From IMG/VR virus record IMGVR_UViG_3300046804_000544, positions 1 to 64,000 of that record: a stretch of DNA of 64,000 nt; one strand, 5' to 3'. The notes beneath the pieces were generated by a model. The model ran no database searches, was not told where the DNA came from, and saw only the letters and a list, made by a program, of their open reading frames with translations. The position numbers and the translations under genes were made by a program. This document shows positions 39,301 through 48,153 of this stretch, piece after piece (position 1 is the first letter of the stretch; every line of letters starts with the position of its first letter). Source of the stretch: a virus.

Positions 39301-41384
39301 CTTACATTATCATCAGAAATGTAACCAACGGTTGCTTGATTGGCTCTGTTATTAACTGTTGCGGTAATAGGTGATTCTGTTGTGTCGACACCTTCACTAA
39401 CTGATCCAAACTTACCGTAGCTGTTATTACCGTTAGTAGCACGTAGTCTTCCACCGTCTTCAGTTAGATAACCAATATGACAGAAATATGTAAACACTGA
39501 CACGCACTCAGATCGAGCAACACCTTTAATCCAAACACCAATACCGTCACTTAATATCTGTGTAAAGTCGTTGGCAACAATTGACTTGTTTCCGCCATTG
39601 TGTAAACTGGCGTCTACTTTTAATCCTACACATCCAGTACCAAATGTAGTTACGTTTTGTATATACGGTGATTTTGAAGTGATCCAAACAGTAGAATCTG
39701 CGGCGCCAGCACCTGGGTCCAAACTAACATAAGCACCGGCGGTAGGACGCTGTGTTCCATAAGCATTAGCAGTGCCTAATGTTCCAGTTAATCCTTGTAA
39801 AGTTACGTTTCGTATGTTAGATCCGTTTCTAACATAAAACATATTTGATGCTTCAAAACCGGTAGCTGGCTGAATTATAACTGTACGTAGTTCGTCTCCA
39901 ACTAAGCTAACGTTAGCAGGAATGCTAATAGGTAGCTGTTCTGAATATACTCCGCTTTTAACAAAAATAACAGCAGGGCCAGTTATCTGTGAGCAAGCGT
40001 ATTTAATTGTAAGCCAGGGATTATTAAGTGTAGTTCCACTACCTGCTGTATCTGCCCCGTTTGGTGCTACATAGTAAACTTTAGTAACAATACCAAAACT
40101 TGCCCATGTTAAGTTGGTGCCGCTTACTTTTAACACCTGTCCATCAGTACCTATTGGAAGCCTTGCCTTAGCGGCACTATTATACCATACAATATCACCT
40201 TGAGTAGTTAATACGTTATTAGTATTACCTTCAATATAGACCATCCAATTTGTGCCGGCACCGGCTACATCTGTATCTGGCCTATTTCCTACGTTGGAAG
40301 TATGTGCTAATTTAGCTTCATAACTAGTAGCTTTGTAAGTTACAATATCTCCTAACTTATAATTTGTAGATGTTTGCCAGGCAGCACGCCATTGTCGTCC
40401 GCTGTTTACTACAGACCAATAGGTAGCATTAGGTGGCTCTATATTTGTTACGTCTAAAATACAAACATAAACATATCCGTTTACTCTTACAGTATCGCCA
40501 ACAAGATAACTAGTTGCAGAACTATAGTTGCCTAAGAATCTATAATTTGTAGTAACAATTTCCCAGTAGCTAGTTGCAGTACTAGGAGTTTGGCTTTGGT
40601 TATTTTGAATGGCTCTATATGCGTAACCACCGTAGGTAACTATATCGCCCTGTTTATAAGCTACACCTGTTTGGTATGCAGTATAGGTAAATTCTAAACC
40701 ATCTAGGTATATTGTCCAATAAGAACTTAAATCTGCCAATACACTAGCAGTAGAAGTGTGCCCTGCTGTGCAGCGCCACAAACTACCGTCAATTCTAACT
40801 ACATCATTTACTTTATATCTTGTTGAACTGCCATTCCACACACCTTTAAAATCTGCTTGTTGTAACTCAATATCCCATTTAGCTTGATCAGCTTCTAAGC
40901 CTAAAGATGTTGTTCCTGCACTTATATGACTGGTATTACAACGATAGACTGTTGCTCCGTATCTAACAACATCATTAACTTTATATCTAGTTGAGAGAGC
41001 CCAATCTGCTTTCCAGTCTTCTGTTCTAGCAACAGATGTCCAATATGCTGAATCATTTTCTTGGCCGAGAAATAAAGGTGATGTATAGGTAGAACTGGTA
41101 TGACTGGTTATGCAACGGAAAATAATTGCGCCCCACTTAACTGTATCTCCTACATTGTACAGTGTAGAAGCGGTCCATGTTCCTCTCCAAACATATCCAT
41201 CAAACATCAACACCCAATTAGCGGCTGCTAAATCAGTAGCAAATGCTGTAGTTGAGGTATGTGTTATTAAACATACATAAGTTTTACCACCGTAGCTGAC
41301 TACGTCATCTTTAATAAAGCTGGTAGTCTGTGCCCATGCACCTTTCCATGTATATCTAATTTTGGAGATTTTAAAATTTGCCAT
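36318..41384 (-). CDS. Giant tailspike/fibre, paralogue of 31094-36265
   Basis: 1688 aa with the same domain order and long near-identical stretches ([44 protein letters not shown]). Confidence 0.8.
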   Translation of the reverse strand: MANFKISKIRYTWKGAWAQTTSFIKDDVVSYGGKTYVCLITHTSTTAFATDLAAANWVLMFDGYVWRGTWTASTLYNVGDTVKWGAIIFRCITSHTSSTYTSPLFLGQENDSAYWTSVARTEDWKADWALSTRYKVNDVVRYGATVYRCNTSHISAGTTSLGLEADQAKWDIELQQADFKGVWNGSSTRYKVNDVVRIDGSLWRCTAGHTSTASVLADLSSYWTIYLDGLEFTYTAYQTGVAYKQGDIVTYGGYAYRAIQNNQSQTPSTATSYWEIVTTNYRFLGNYSSATSYLVGDTVRVNGYVYVCILDVTNIEPPNATYWSVVNSGRQWRAAWQTSTNYKLGDIVTYKATSYEAKLAHTSNVGNRPDTDVAGAGTNWMVYIEGNTNNVLTTQGDIVWYNSAAKARLPIGTDGQVLKVSGTNLTWASFGIVTKVYYVAPNGADTAGSGTTLNNPWLTIKYACSQITGPAVIFVKSGVYSEQLPISIPANVSLVGDELRTVIIQPATGFEASNMFYVRNGSNIRNVTLQGLTGTLGTANAYGTQRPTAGAYVSLDPGAGAADSTVWITSKSPYIQNVTTFGTGCVGLKVDASLHNGGNKSIVANDFTQILSDGIGVWIKGVARSECVSVFTYFCHIGYLTEDGGRLRATNGNNSYGKFGSVSEGVDTTESPITATVNNRANQATVGYISDDNVRILRLEYDNAGQNYSSSPTISITGTGTGIVIDNYERRTAAVFQIRSTDPTNTGFPGGTSYLSTTNFAQGGSASSGTITFAGSDTNTSSQYIGLRVLIFDGKGAGQYGVISAYNNTTKIANLNKESTGTPGWDHLIPGTTLIDPDPTSQYIVEPRVTVSAPAYVSNLRNMPVSANWNSVTYGNGYFVAVDGVATIAVYSTDGITWGAGTGFSNLGSNTSVGFVPGRFVAIGGTGTLLSTSTNNGVNWSTSNRPGATATNSRFLQLPRDNIGLITSAGTSRTNAVSFSTDFTNVFWTASNINSRSLTTAVLDPARSTSATKLVEDTANAEHVIYTTRSETNVNVTLSIFARAAERTQIRIGFSNFLNSSCGVTYSLTNGSVVSAASASGADYTSVSSSITPIGIEGWYRLSITAFKNAVNSTNNPYIDVISGGAQTYSGNGSSGIYIYGAQVETGTRMTGYIPTSGSTASSTNELMITNDGVTWYTLGTPSVVGGAWAYGQGKFVTLSTGTSNIASVSVNGVTWTNTTLPTTAQWQSVTYGYDRFVAVAAATNQGAYSLDGTTWTAFTLPASTSWNVVRYGEGIFYAVAAGTSTGATSQDGIIWTARTLPAAVAYTDIAYGNPTSPGSFILLATGTNLVGQVTAGATAFARPIVVSGSIRSYRIIDPGSNYSSTPTVTIVDPNSSSAAQNSVRTSNNVLGQPDFTSRGTGWIRESATVTDASGFADNFQTGFYIQVTGMTNIPTVGSNIVFVGNTVVYKLLAITNLTGSVGNFSALLQIDTSMTTFRSPAHASTLSIRINYSQCRLTGHDFLSIGTGNTTTTNYPGTPTQAALSTYQVIENGGGRVFYTSTDQDGNFLVGSLFGVSQATGIVTLSASLFNLTGLSQLSLGAIIVGSTSAIINTISTDGTFSANSDSVISTQRAVATYISSRIGGGGSSPAVNTALAGNIKISTGTIENIGATQINVQNKSNFTGGIDGALAGQTYFIAAAPTFGQI

Positions 41385-41399
41385 ATTTTGCTCTTATTT

Positions 41400-41765
41400 T
41401 TACGAACTAATTCCAGTAGGATAAGTGTATTTTGTATTTATTCTGGCTACTAATTGCCCATCTGTGTCAACATAATAGTAGATACTGCGATCGTCCCAAT
41501 GATACTGTTCGTATAATAAATTAGCATAGACAATATTGTGATAAACATCACGCCCTTCAAAGAAGTCTACATCAATTTCAAATTGATCATAGTTATTGTT
41601 AATATCACCAACGTCATTAATATTAATTGCATCTGTACGACTAAGCTGATTTACACGAGTAAAAGTCAACTCTCCGTTGTCATTTCTTTTAAGTCCGTAA
41701 AAATACTTTGATTGATTTCCTATTAGATCTTGTTGTTCTCTACCAAATAAGTAATTTGTTGCCAT
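41400..41765 (-). CDS. Hypothetical virion-associated protein
   Basis: 121 aa; start placed at ATG 41765 using the GGAG SD. Confidence 0.7.
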   Translation of the reverse strand: MATNYLFGREQQDLIGNQSKYFYGLKRNDNGELTFTRVNQLSRTDAININDVGDINNNYDQFEIDVDFFEGRDVYHNIVYANLLYEQYHWDDRSIYYYVDTDGQLVARINTKYTYPTGISS

Positions 41766-41774
41766 AATCACTCC

Positions 41775-42104
41775 TTAAATAATTTCAGCATAACTGATTA
41801 CAGCATCTATACTGCTGTCTGTATCAGCAGTTATGCGAATTCCGCAATTTTCTGCTAGAATAATTTTTTCACCGTTGGTTACAACTTTAGCACTGTTGTA
41901 AGGTGGAATAATTAAACCTTTAATATAGTAAACTACTGTACTGTCAGATCCGTATACCTGTATATCAATGCTGACGTCATTGTCAGTGGTATTTGCTAAA
42001 TTCATACCAATGATAGTAAATCTATTATTGTCTACTGTTTGCAGAACATCTGCAGGTGTAGTTCCTATGTTTTTACGTACTCTTGTTCTAAAATAGGTTG
42101 CCAT
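41775..42104 (-). CDS. Small beta-rich fibre-associated protein (copy 2)
   Basis: 109 aa; IIGMNLANTT...IPP...EKIIL pattern shared with the other copies. Confidence 0.72.
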   Translation of the reverse strand: MATYFRTRVRKNIGTTPADVLQTVDNNRFTIIGMNLANTTDNDVSIDIQVYGSDSTVVYYIKGLIIPPYNSAKVVTNGEKIILAENCGIRITADTDSSIDAVISYAEII

Positions 42105-42107
42105 TTT

Positions 42108-45100
42108 TTATCCAAATATTAGTGAGAATGTAGCAGCAATTTCTTCAGCTTGTGCTTGATTAATACCGCTGCTTGCACCAGCTACACTTACCCAGGTAGT
42201 TCCGTCCCAAACTTCACTAATTCCTAGTTCTGTATTGTAACGAATCATACCGGTAGCTACTACTGCTGGTCTAGAACTGCTAGGTCCACTAGGAATAACA
42301 ACACCGTTAGTTCCGGGGAATTTCCAATAACCGGTTCCAGTAGCATAAAGTTCAGTAACGCTACCACTTACACTATTAGTTATCGTATTATTAATAAATC
42401 TAAAGTTATCAACAACTACTGCACCTGTTCCGTTTGGATTCAGTGTTAAATCTGCATTTGTAGCAGTAGTACTAATAGTATTATTGTCAATTCTAATGTC
42501 ATCAACTTGCAGTGCGTTTACATTAAAAGATGTACTAGTTAATGTAGCAGCAGGATAATTGTTAGTTACAAATCTAATAGTGTTATCGTTTGTACCTGGT
42601 GTTGCTTCTGGTGTAATATAAGTTTTACGATCAACGCTGACAACACCACCTAACTGTATCCAATAGCTACCGTTGTATCCTTCATATACACTGGCTGTAG
42701 TATTGTATCGAATCATACCTGCTGACGGTGTAGCAGGACGTTGTGCATCTGTACCAGCTGGTAATACTACACTTTGGTCAGTGTTAAATCTAACAACACC
42801 TGTGCCGGTTGGTGTTAATGTAATATCTTGATTAGGTTGTGTTGAGCTGATTACGTTTTGATTGATCAACAAATCTTCAACTAAAATACCACCAGTGCCG
42901 TTTGCTCGCAATTCTAAGTTGGCATTTGAAACCGTTGTGGTAATATAATTGTCATTGATTTCTAAGCTGTCTAAGAAAATTCTACCAGCATATAGATCTC
43001 TCCATGCTAGACTAGAACTACCTAAGTCATATGTATAGGCACTAGCAGGTAGTATATTACTCTGTACCTGTGCTGCAAAATTAACAGTGTCGACCGTTTG
43101 ATCACCAATTGTAATATTGCCGCCTAAGATAAAGTTACCTGTAACAGTTAAGTTGCCTGTAATGTCTGTATCTTTTAATAATTGGATCTTACCTAGTCCG
43201 TTAGGTGTTATTTGTATATCAGTATTTGTTGCGTTGCTAATAATACTGTTTGTTTTAAAACTTAATTGATCAATGACTACGCTGCCGGTGCCGTTACTAC
43301 GTAATTCTAAATTACTATTAGATACAGTGGTACGAACATAGTTGTCATTGACTTCAATGTTATCTGTTAAGAATTGTCCTGCATAGACATTACGCCAGTA
43401 ACTGGTGCTTGAACCAATATCAAAATTGTTATTAAGGTTAGGTATCAAACTGCCGTTTATACTGGCATTGATATTTAAAGTGCTGTTTAATACTACAGGG
43501 CCGTTGAATGTTGTTGTTCCACTTACTGATAAGTTACCAGTAATTGCTGTATTTTTTAGTAGCTGGATAGTGCCAGTACCGTTAGGATTAATCTGTATAT
43601 CAGTGTTGGTAGTGTTGCTGCTAATTAAATTAGATTTAAAACTTAATTGATCAACAGTTACAGATCCAGTTCCATTAGCACGTAGATCTAAATTAGCGTT
43701 TGAAACAGTTGATGTAATGTAATTGTCATTTAGCTCTAAACTGTCTAAAACAATTCTACCTATGTACAAATTATTCCACGCTAAACTAGCACTGCCTAAA
43801 TTGTAAGCATAACTAGTAGCAGGCAATACGTTGCTGACAATTGGGGCTACAAAATTAACAGTATCTGTGGTTTGATCACCAAAAGTTAAATTACCAGCAA
43901 TAACCATATTACCAGTGACATTTAAGTTACCGGTTACTACTGTATCTTTTAATAATTGTACTTTTCCAGTTCCGTTAGGATTGATTTGTATATCGGTATT
44001 TGTTGCATTACTGATAATTGTATTAGATTTAAAATTCAATTGGTCAACAACTACTGATCCTGTTCCATTTGATCTTAGTTCTAAATTACTATTTGATACG
44101 GTAGTGCGAATATAGTTGTCATTGATTTCAATGTTGTCAGTTAGATACTGTCCAGCATAAATGTTACGCCAATAGTTGGTACTTGAACCAATGTCGTAAC
44201 TATTATTATAAAAAGGTATTAAACTACTATTAATGCCGGCGTTAAACACTGGCGTATTATTAAATGTAAAGTTGCCGCCAACAGTTACATTACCTGACAC
44301 ATCTAAATTGCCAGTAACTACAGTGTCTTTTAACAGTTGAATTTTTCCAGTACCGTTAGGGTTAATCTGTATATCGGTATTGGTAGTATTTGAAGTTATT
44401 GTATTGGACTTGAAATTCAACTGATCAACTACAACTGAACCTGTGCCATTTGAACGTAACTCTAAATTAGCATTAGATACTGTAGTGCGAATATAGTTGT
44501 CATTAATTTCCATTGAATCAAGTAGTACTTGACCTGCATAGATATTGCGCCAGTAATTAGTGCTTGACCCTAGATCGTAGCTGTTATTATAGAACGGAAC
44601 AATGTTGCTGTTAATTGTACTGACAAATGCAGCAATATTATTGAAACTAAAATTGCCGCCAACAGTCATGTTACCACTGATATCTAAATTACCAGTGACC
44701 GCAGTATCTTTTAGTAGCTGTACTTTGCCTGTTCCATTAGGATTAATCTGTATATCAGTGTTGGTGGTATTGCTAATAATTGAGTTTGATTTAAAATTCA
44801 ACTGATCGACAACCACTGATCCTGTACCATTTGATCTTAGTTCTAGGCTAGCATTTGAAACTGTAGTACGGATATAGTTGTCATTAATTTCCATTGTGTC
44901 AGTTAAAAACTGACCTGCATACACATTACGCCAATAACTGGTACTAGAACCTAAATCATAACTGTTATTAAATGTTGGAAGAAAGTTACCAGTAACAGTA
45001 GAATTTAATGTGGTTATGCCTGCAACTGTAGTATTACCATTAACTGTAACATTGCCAGTAACGTCTAAATTACCTGTAACTACAGTATCTTTTAGTAACT

Positions 45101-48100
45101 GTATTTTACCTGTGCCGTTAGGATTAATCTGTATATCAGTATTGGTAGTATTGCTAGTTACGCTGTTATTTTTAAAATTAAGTTGATCAACTACAACAGA
45201 CCCTGTTCCACTGGCACGTAGTTCTAAATTTGAATTTGATACTGTGGTACGAATATAGTTGTCATTAATTTCAATATTGTCTGTTAAGAACTGTCCAGCG
45301 TAGACGTTACGCCAGTAGTTGGCAGTTGATCCTAAATCATTGCTGTTGTTATTAGTAGGTACTACGTTGCCGGTAATAGTAGAATTTAATGTAGTAACAC
45401 CGTTGACTGTTAAGTTGCTAGACAGCGTAGTATTTCCTGTAACAGCTAGTGTTCCAGAGACGTTAGTATTGGCATTTAAGTTTAAGTTAGTGCTAGCAGG
45501 TGTTATGTTAATGTCACCTGACAGGCTAATTATGTCATTGCCGCTAATTCTAATCTTACCAGTTTCTACTCTAGTAGCATCAATAATTGTAGTATTGGTG
45601 CCGTCTGTAAAAGTAATGCCTGTTAAGCTGGTAATGTTAAATGATTGAGCACTAAATTCAATTGCACCAGTTTTTTGACTTACATAAAAAAGTTCACCAA
45701 CTCTAAAATCACCTTGGTGGTCGACGCTGGTGTAATAAATTTTAGCACCGCTAGTGGCGTCAATTTCGTTGGCCTGAATAACTGCGGTAGGGTCATTGTT
45801 AGATTCTTTACCTGAACCAATATAGCCAAAGTTTTGACTGATTAGATATAGTGTATTACCGACACCTGTAGCTACTGCACCATAGTTACCGTAAACGCAA
45901 GCAGAAGCAATTGAACGCATTTCTGCGCCAAAGTCTGAATAGTCTGCAAAGTTAATAACTGATGCTGTGCCGCCTGCACTGGTTCTAATGTCTTGGAATG
46001 TTAATCCGTTGTCGGTGAATATTGTAGAACCGTTGGTGCCGTTAAAGTTTAATAATAGAACGGTGTCAACATCGCCTTTTAATTGTGCAGCTGGCGCTGT
46101 AAATGATGCAGTATATTTTGCAACACCTTTGCTAATTCTTAAATCATCGATGTAACCATTGAAGCCGTTTGTTCCGGTCGATGTTGCACCGATATAAACT
46201 CCAGCTTGTCCATAATTATTAGTGTCAGCGTAAGTAGTTGCGGTTACTGTGCCGTTTACAAACAATCTAGTAGTACCACTGGCTCTAGTTAATGCAATAT
46301 GTGTCCAGGTTGTAGCTGCTAATGTAGCACCTGTGATTTGTGTAACACCAGATACACTAAATCGAATTGGGTTCGTTGTTCCTAATGTGAGTTGAAAATA
46401 AGCACCTGATGAAGGTCTAATATCTATAAGAGTTTGAATAACCCCTGTGCCAACTCTGTATGCCCAAAATTCAATTGTAAAATCACCGGTACCAAAATTA
46501 AAATCAGGTTGGCTATCTACTCTAGCATAGTCGCCTGTTCCGTCTAACGCTAAACTAGCAGTACCGTATTTAAAAACAGATGTTGATAATTTTGCATCAC
46601 CGAGCGCATAAACAGTTTTGCCTGCACGATCTGTTAGGCTTTCAAAGCCTAAAACTTTTCCGTTGATATTGTAAAAACTGCCGTCAATGCTGGCAATAAC
46701 TCCAGATGCTAGAACTGTAACACCATCTGTGTCATAATACGTAAGTGTATTGCCTACATTAAATGTACCAGTAACACTACTAATTTTTAATCTAGTTTGG
46801 CCTGCGCCTGCAAATCCTGTGGTACCCTGGTAAGCATAGATACCCCTGTTGGCAAAATAAGTAAATGAGTTTAGCCACTCACAACGAACGCCGTTGGTTA
46901 GTGTAATAGCATCTACACCCGGTGTAATAAATGTTACACTGTGGAAAAGAATAGTAGCTTCTTTACTGGCAGCGTTGACTACGCTACCGTCTAGTAGCGC
47001 ACCTTTACCTGCATTACCTGCGGCAAAACCTCTTGGGTCTGTGCCGCTAGTTGGTGTACCTGTTGTGATAACAGAAACGTTTCTAACATAAGGACTGCGT
47101 GTAGTAACTGTAAAGTTGTTGGCAAAACGGAATGCGTAACCTCTGTTGTTTACTGAATCAAAACTGTGTCCGCTAACAGTAAGGTCTTCAACTGTAGTTT
47201 CGCCGTTGAGTAAAAATACGTCATAGCCTGTAGCACTGTCTGGTCTAATAGTAACCGAACGAATGCCTGCTCCACGAACAGTAACACCTGTTGGCACTGT
47301 TAGTGGAATTGTTTCGCTGTATGTACCTGGATAGATATAAATCATATCTCCAGATGTAGCACGTATCAGTGCTTGACCTAAGCTAGACAGCGGATCGTTT
47401 TGATGTGTACCGCTGGCTCCGTCATTACCATTTGTGGCTACATAATAAATTTTACCTTGACGTTTAGTAAGATCAATACCATTAATAATGGCACTGCCTG
47501 TACTGACCGTGCCAGCAGTTACAGTATTAGCCCATAAGTTTGACCAACGCTGACTAGCAGTACCTATATTGTAAACTTGATCTAAGTCTGGAGTAATATT
47601 ACTGTTGATATCAGCAGCAAAAACAATATTATCGGTATTAGCATCGCCTAGTTGTAAGTTTCCATCTGCGGTAATCGTACCAGTTGCATGTAAATTACCC
47701 GTTACTCTAGTATTGCCGTTAAGATTAATTACGCCAGTTCCGTTAGGAGTAAAGTTAATATCTGTGTTTGCAGATATTGTTCTAATAACATTGCCTTCTA
47801 ATTCTAAACTAGTACCAATGTCAACACGAGCATTATAAACTGTAGCATTTATTCCGCTAGGCAGTAAATTAATTGTAGAGCTGCTAGAACTAATTGTATT
47901 ACCGTTAATGGTAAAATTACCAATGTTAGCAGTAGTTGGTACTTCTAAATTAGTCGATCGTGTAGTTCCATTAACATCTAATGTATATGCAGGGGTGTTG
48001 GTATTAATACCAACCCTAGTATTTGTAACGTCTAAATAGACTAAGTTTGTTTCAAAAGCTAGATCTACACCTGATCTTGTCAGGTTGTTTTCCAGCATTT

Positions 48101-48125
48101 GTCCAGATATTTTTCCTACAGGCAT
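42108..48125 (-). CDS. Giant tail fibre: beta-helix, LamG/ConA-like lectin domain, 7 tandem 127-131-aa repeats
   Basis: 2005 aa; DFTIEFW...WTHIALTR...LFVNG...FNGYIDDLRISKG (LamG_3-like); C-terminal LPAGTDAQRP...GMIRYN motifs. Confidence 0.82.
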   Translation of the reverse strand: MPVGKISGQMLENNLTRSGVDLAFETNLVYLDVTNTRVGINTNTPAYTLDVNGTTRSTNLEVPTTANIGNFTINGNTISSSSSTINLLPSGINATVYNARVDIGTSLELEGNVIRTISANTDINFTPNGTGVINLNGNTRVTGNLHATGTITADGNLQLGDANTDNIVFAADINSNITPDLDQVYNIGTASQRWSNLWANTVTAGTVSTGSAIINGIDLTKRQGKIYYVATNGNDGASGTHQNDPLSSLGQALIRATSGDMIYIYPGTYSETIPLTVPTGVTVRGAGIRSVTIRPDSATGYDVFLLNGETTVEDLTVSGHSFDSVNNRGYAFRFANNFTVTTRSPYVRNVSVITTGTPTSGTDPRGFAAGNAGKGALLDGSVVNAASKEATILFHSVTFITPGVDAITLTNGVRCEWLNSFTYFANRGIYAYQGTTGFAGAGQTRLKISSVTGTFNVGNTLTYYDTDGVTVLASGVIASIDGSFYNINGKVLGFESLTDRAGKTVYALGDAKLSTSVFKYGTASLALDGTGDYARVDSQPDFNFGTGDFTIEFWAYRVGTGVIQTLIDIRPSSGAYFQLTLGTTNPIRFSVSGVTQITGATLAATTWTHIALTRASGTTRLFVNGTVTATTYADTNNYGQAGVYIGATSTGTNGFNGYIDDLRISKGVAKYTASFTAPAAQLKGDVDTVLLLNFNGTNGSTIFTDNGLTFQDIRTSAGGTASVINFADYSDFGAEMRSIASACVYGNYGAVATGVGNTLYLISQNFGYIGSGKESNNDPTAVIQANEIDATSGAKIYYTSVDHQGDFRVGELFYVSQKTGAIEFSAQSFNITSLTGITFTDGTNTTIIDATRVETGKIRISGNDIISLSGDINITPASTNLNLNANTNVSGTLAVTGNTTLSSNLTVNGVTTLNSTITGNVVPTNNNSNDLGSTANYWRNVYAGQFLTDNIEINDNYIRTTVSNSNLELRASGTGSVVVDQLNFKNNSVTSNTTNTDIQINPNGTGKIQLLKDTVVTGNLDVTGNVTVNGNTTVAGITTLNSTVTGNFLPTFNNSYDLGSSTSYWRNVYAGQFLTDTMEINDNYIRTTVSNASLELRSNGTGSVVVDQLNFKSNSIISNTTNTDIQINPNGTGKVQLLKDTAVTGNLDISGNMTVGGNFSFNNIAAFVSTINSNIVPFYNNSYDLGSSTNYWRNIYAGQVLLDSMEINDNYIRTTVSNANLELRSNGTGSVVVDQLNFKSNTITSNTTNTDIQINPNGTGKIQLLKDTVVTGNLDVSGNVTVGGNFTFNNTPVFNAGINSSLIPFYNNSYDIGSSTNYWRNIYAGQYLTDNIEINDNYIRTTVSNSNLELRSNGTGSVVVDQLNFKSNTIISNATNTDIQINPNGTGKVQLLKDTVVTGNLNVTGNMVIAGNLTFGDQTTDTVNFVAPIVSNVLPATSYAYNLGSASLAWNNLYIGRIVLDSLELNDNYITSTVSNANLDLRANGTGSVTVDQLSFKSNLISSNTTNTDIQINPNGTGTIQLLKNTAITGNLSVSGTTTFNGPVVLNSTLNINASINGSLIPNLNNNFDIGSSTSYWRNVYAGQFLTDNIEVNDNYVRTTVSNSNLELRSNGTGSVVIDQLSFKTNSIISNATNTDIQITPNGLGKIQLLKDTDITGNLTVTGNFILGGNITIGDQTVDTVNFAAQVQSNILPASAYTYDLGSSSLAWRDLYAGRIFLDSLEINDNYITTTVSNANLELRANGTGGILVEDLLINQNVISSTQPNQDITLTPTGTGVVRFNTDQSVVLPAGTDAQRPATPSAGMIRYNTTASVYEGYNGSYWIQLGGVVSVDRKTYITPEATPGTNDNTIRFVTNNYPAATLTSTSFNVNALQVDDIRIDNNTISTTATNADLTLNPNGTGAVVVDNFRFINNTITNSVSGSVTELYATGTGYWKFPGTNGVVIPSGPSSSRPAVVATGMIRYNTELGISEVWDGTTWVSVAGASSGINQAQAEEIAATFSLIFG
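42850..45366 (-). repeat. Intragenic tandem array of about 7 units of 381-393 nt
   Basis: The YWRN codons recur at 44164, 44545, 44926 and 45307 (381-nt period). Confidence 0.88.
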
Positions 48126-48144
48126 AGTTTTCGCTCGGTTTTAA

Positions 48145-48152
48145 TATTTATC
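48145..48152 (-). promoter_or_regulatory. Late promoter motif (GATAAATA)
   Basis: Intergenic, 19 nt before the ATG at 48125. Confidence 0.55.
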
Positions 48153-48153
48153 G

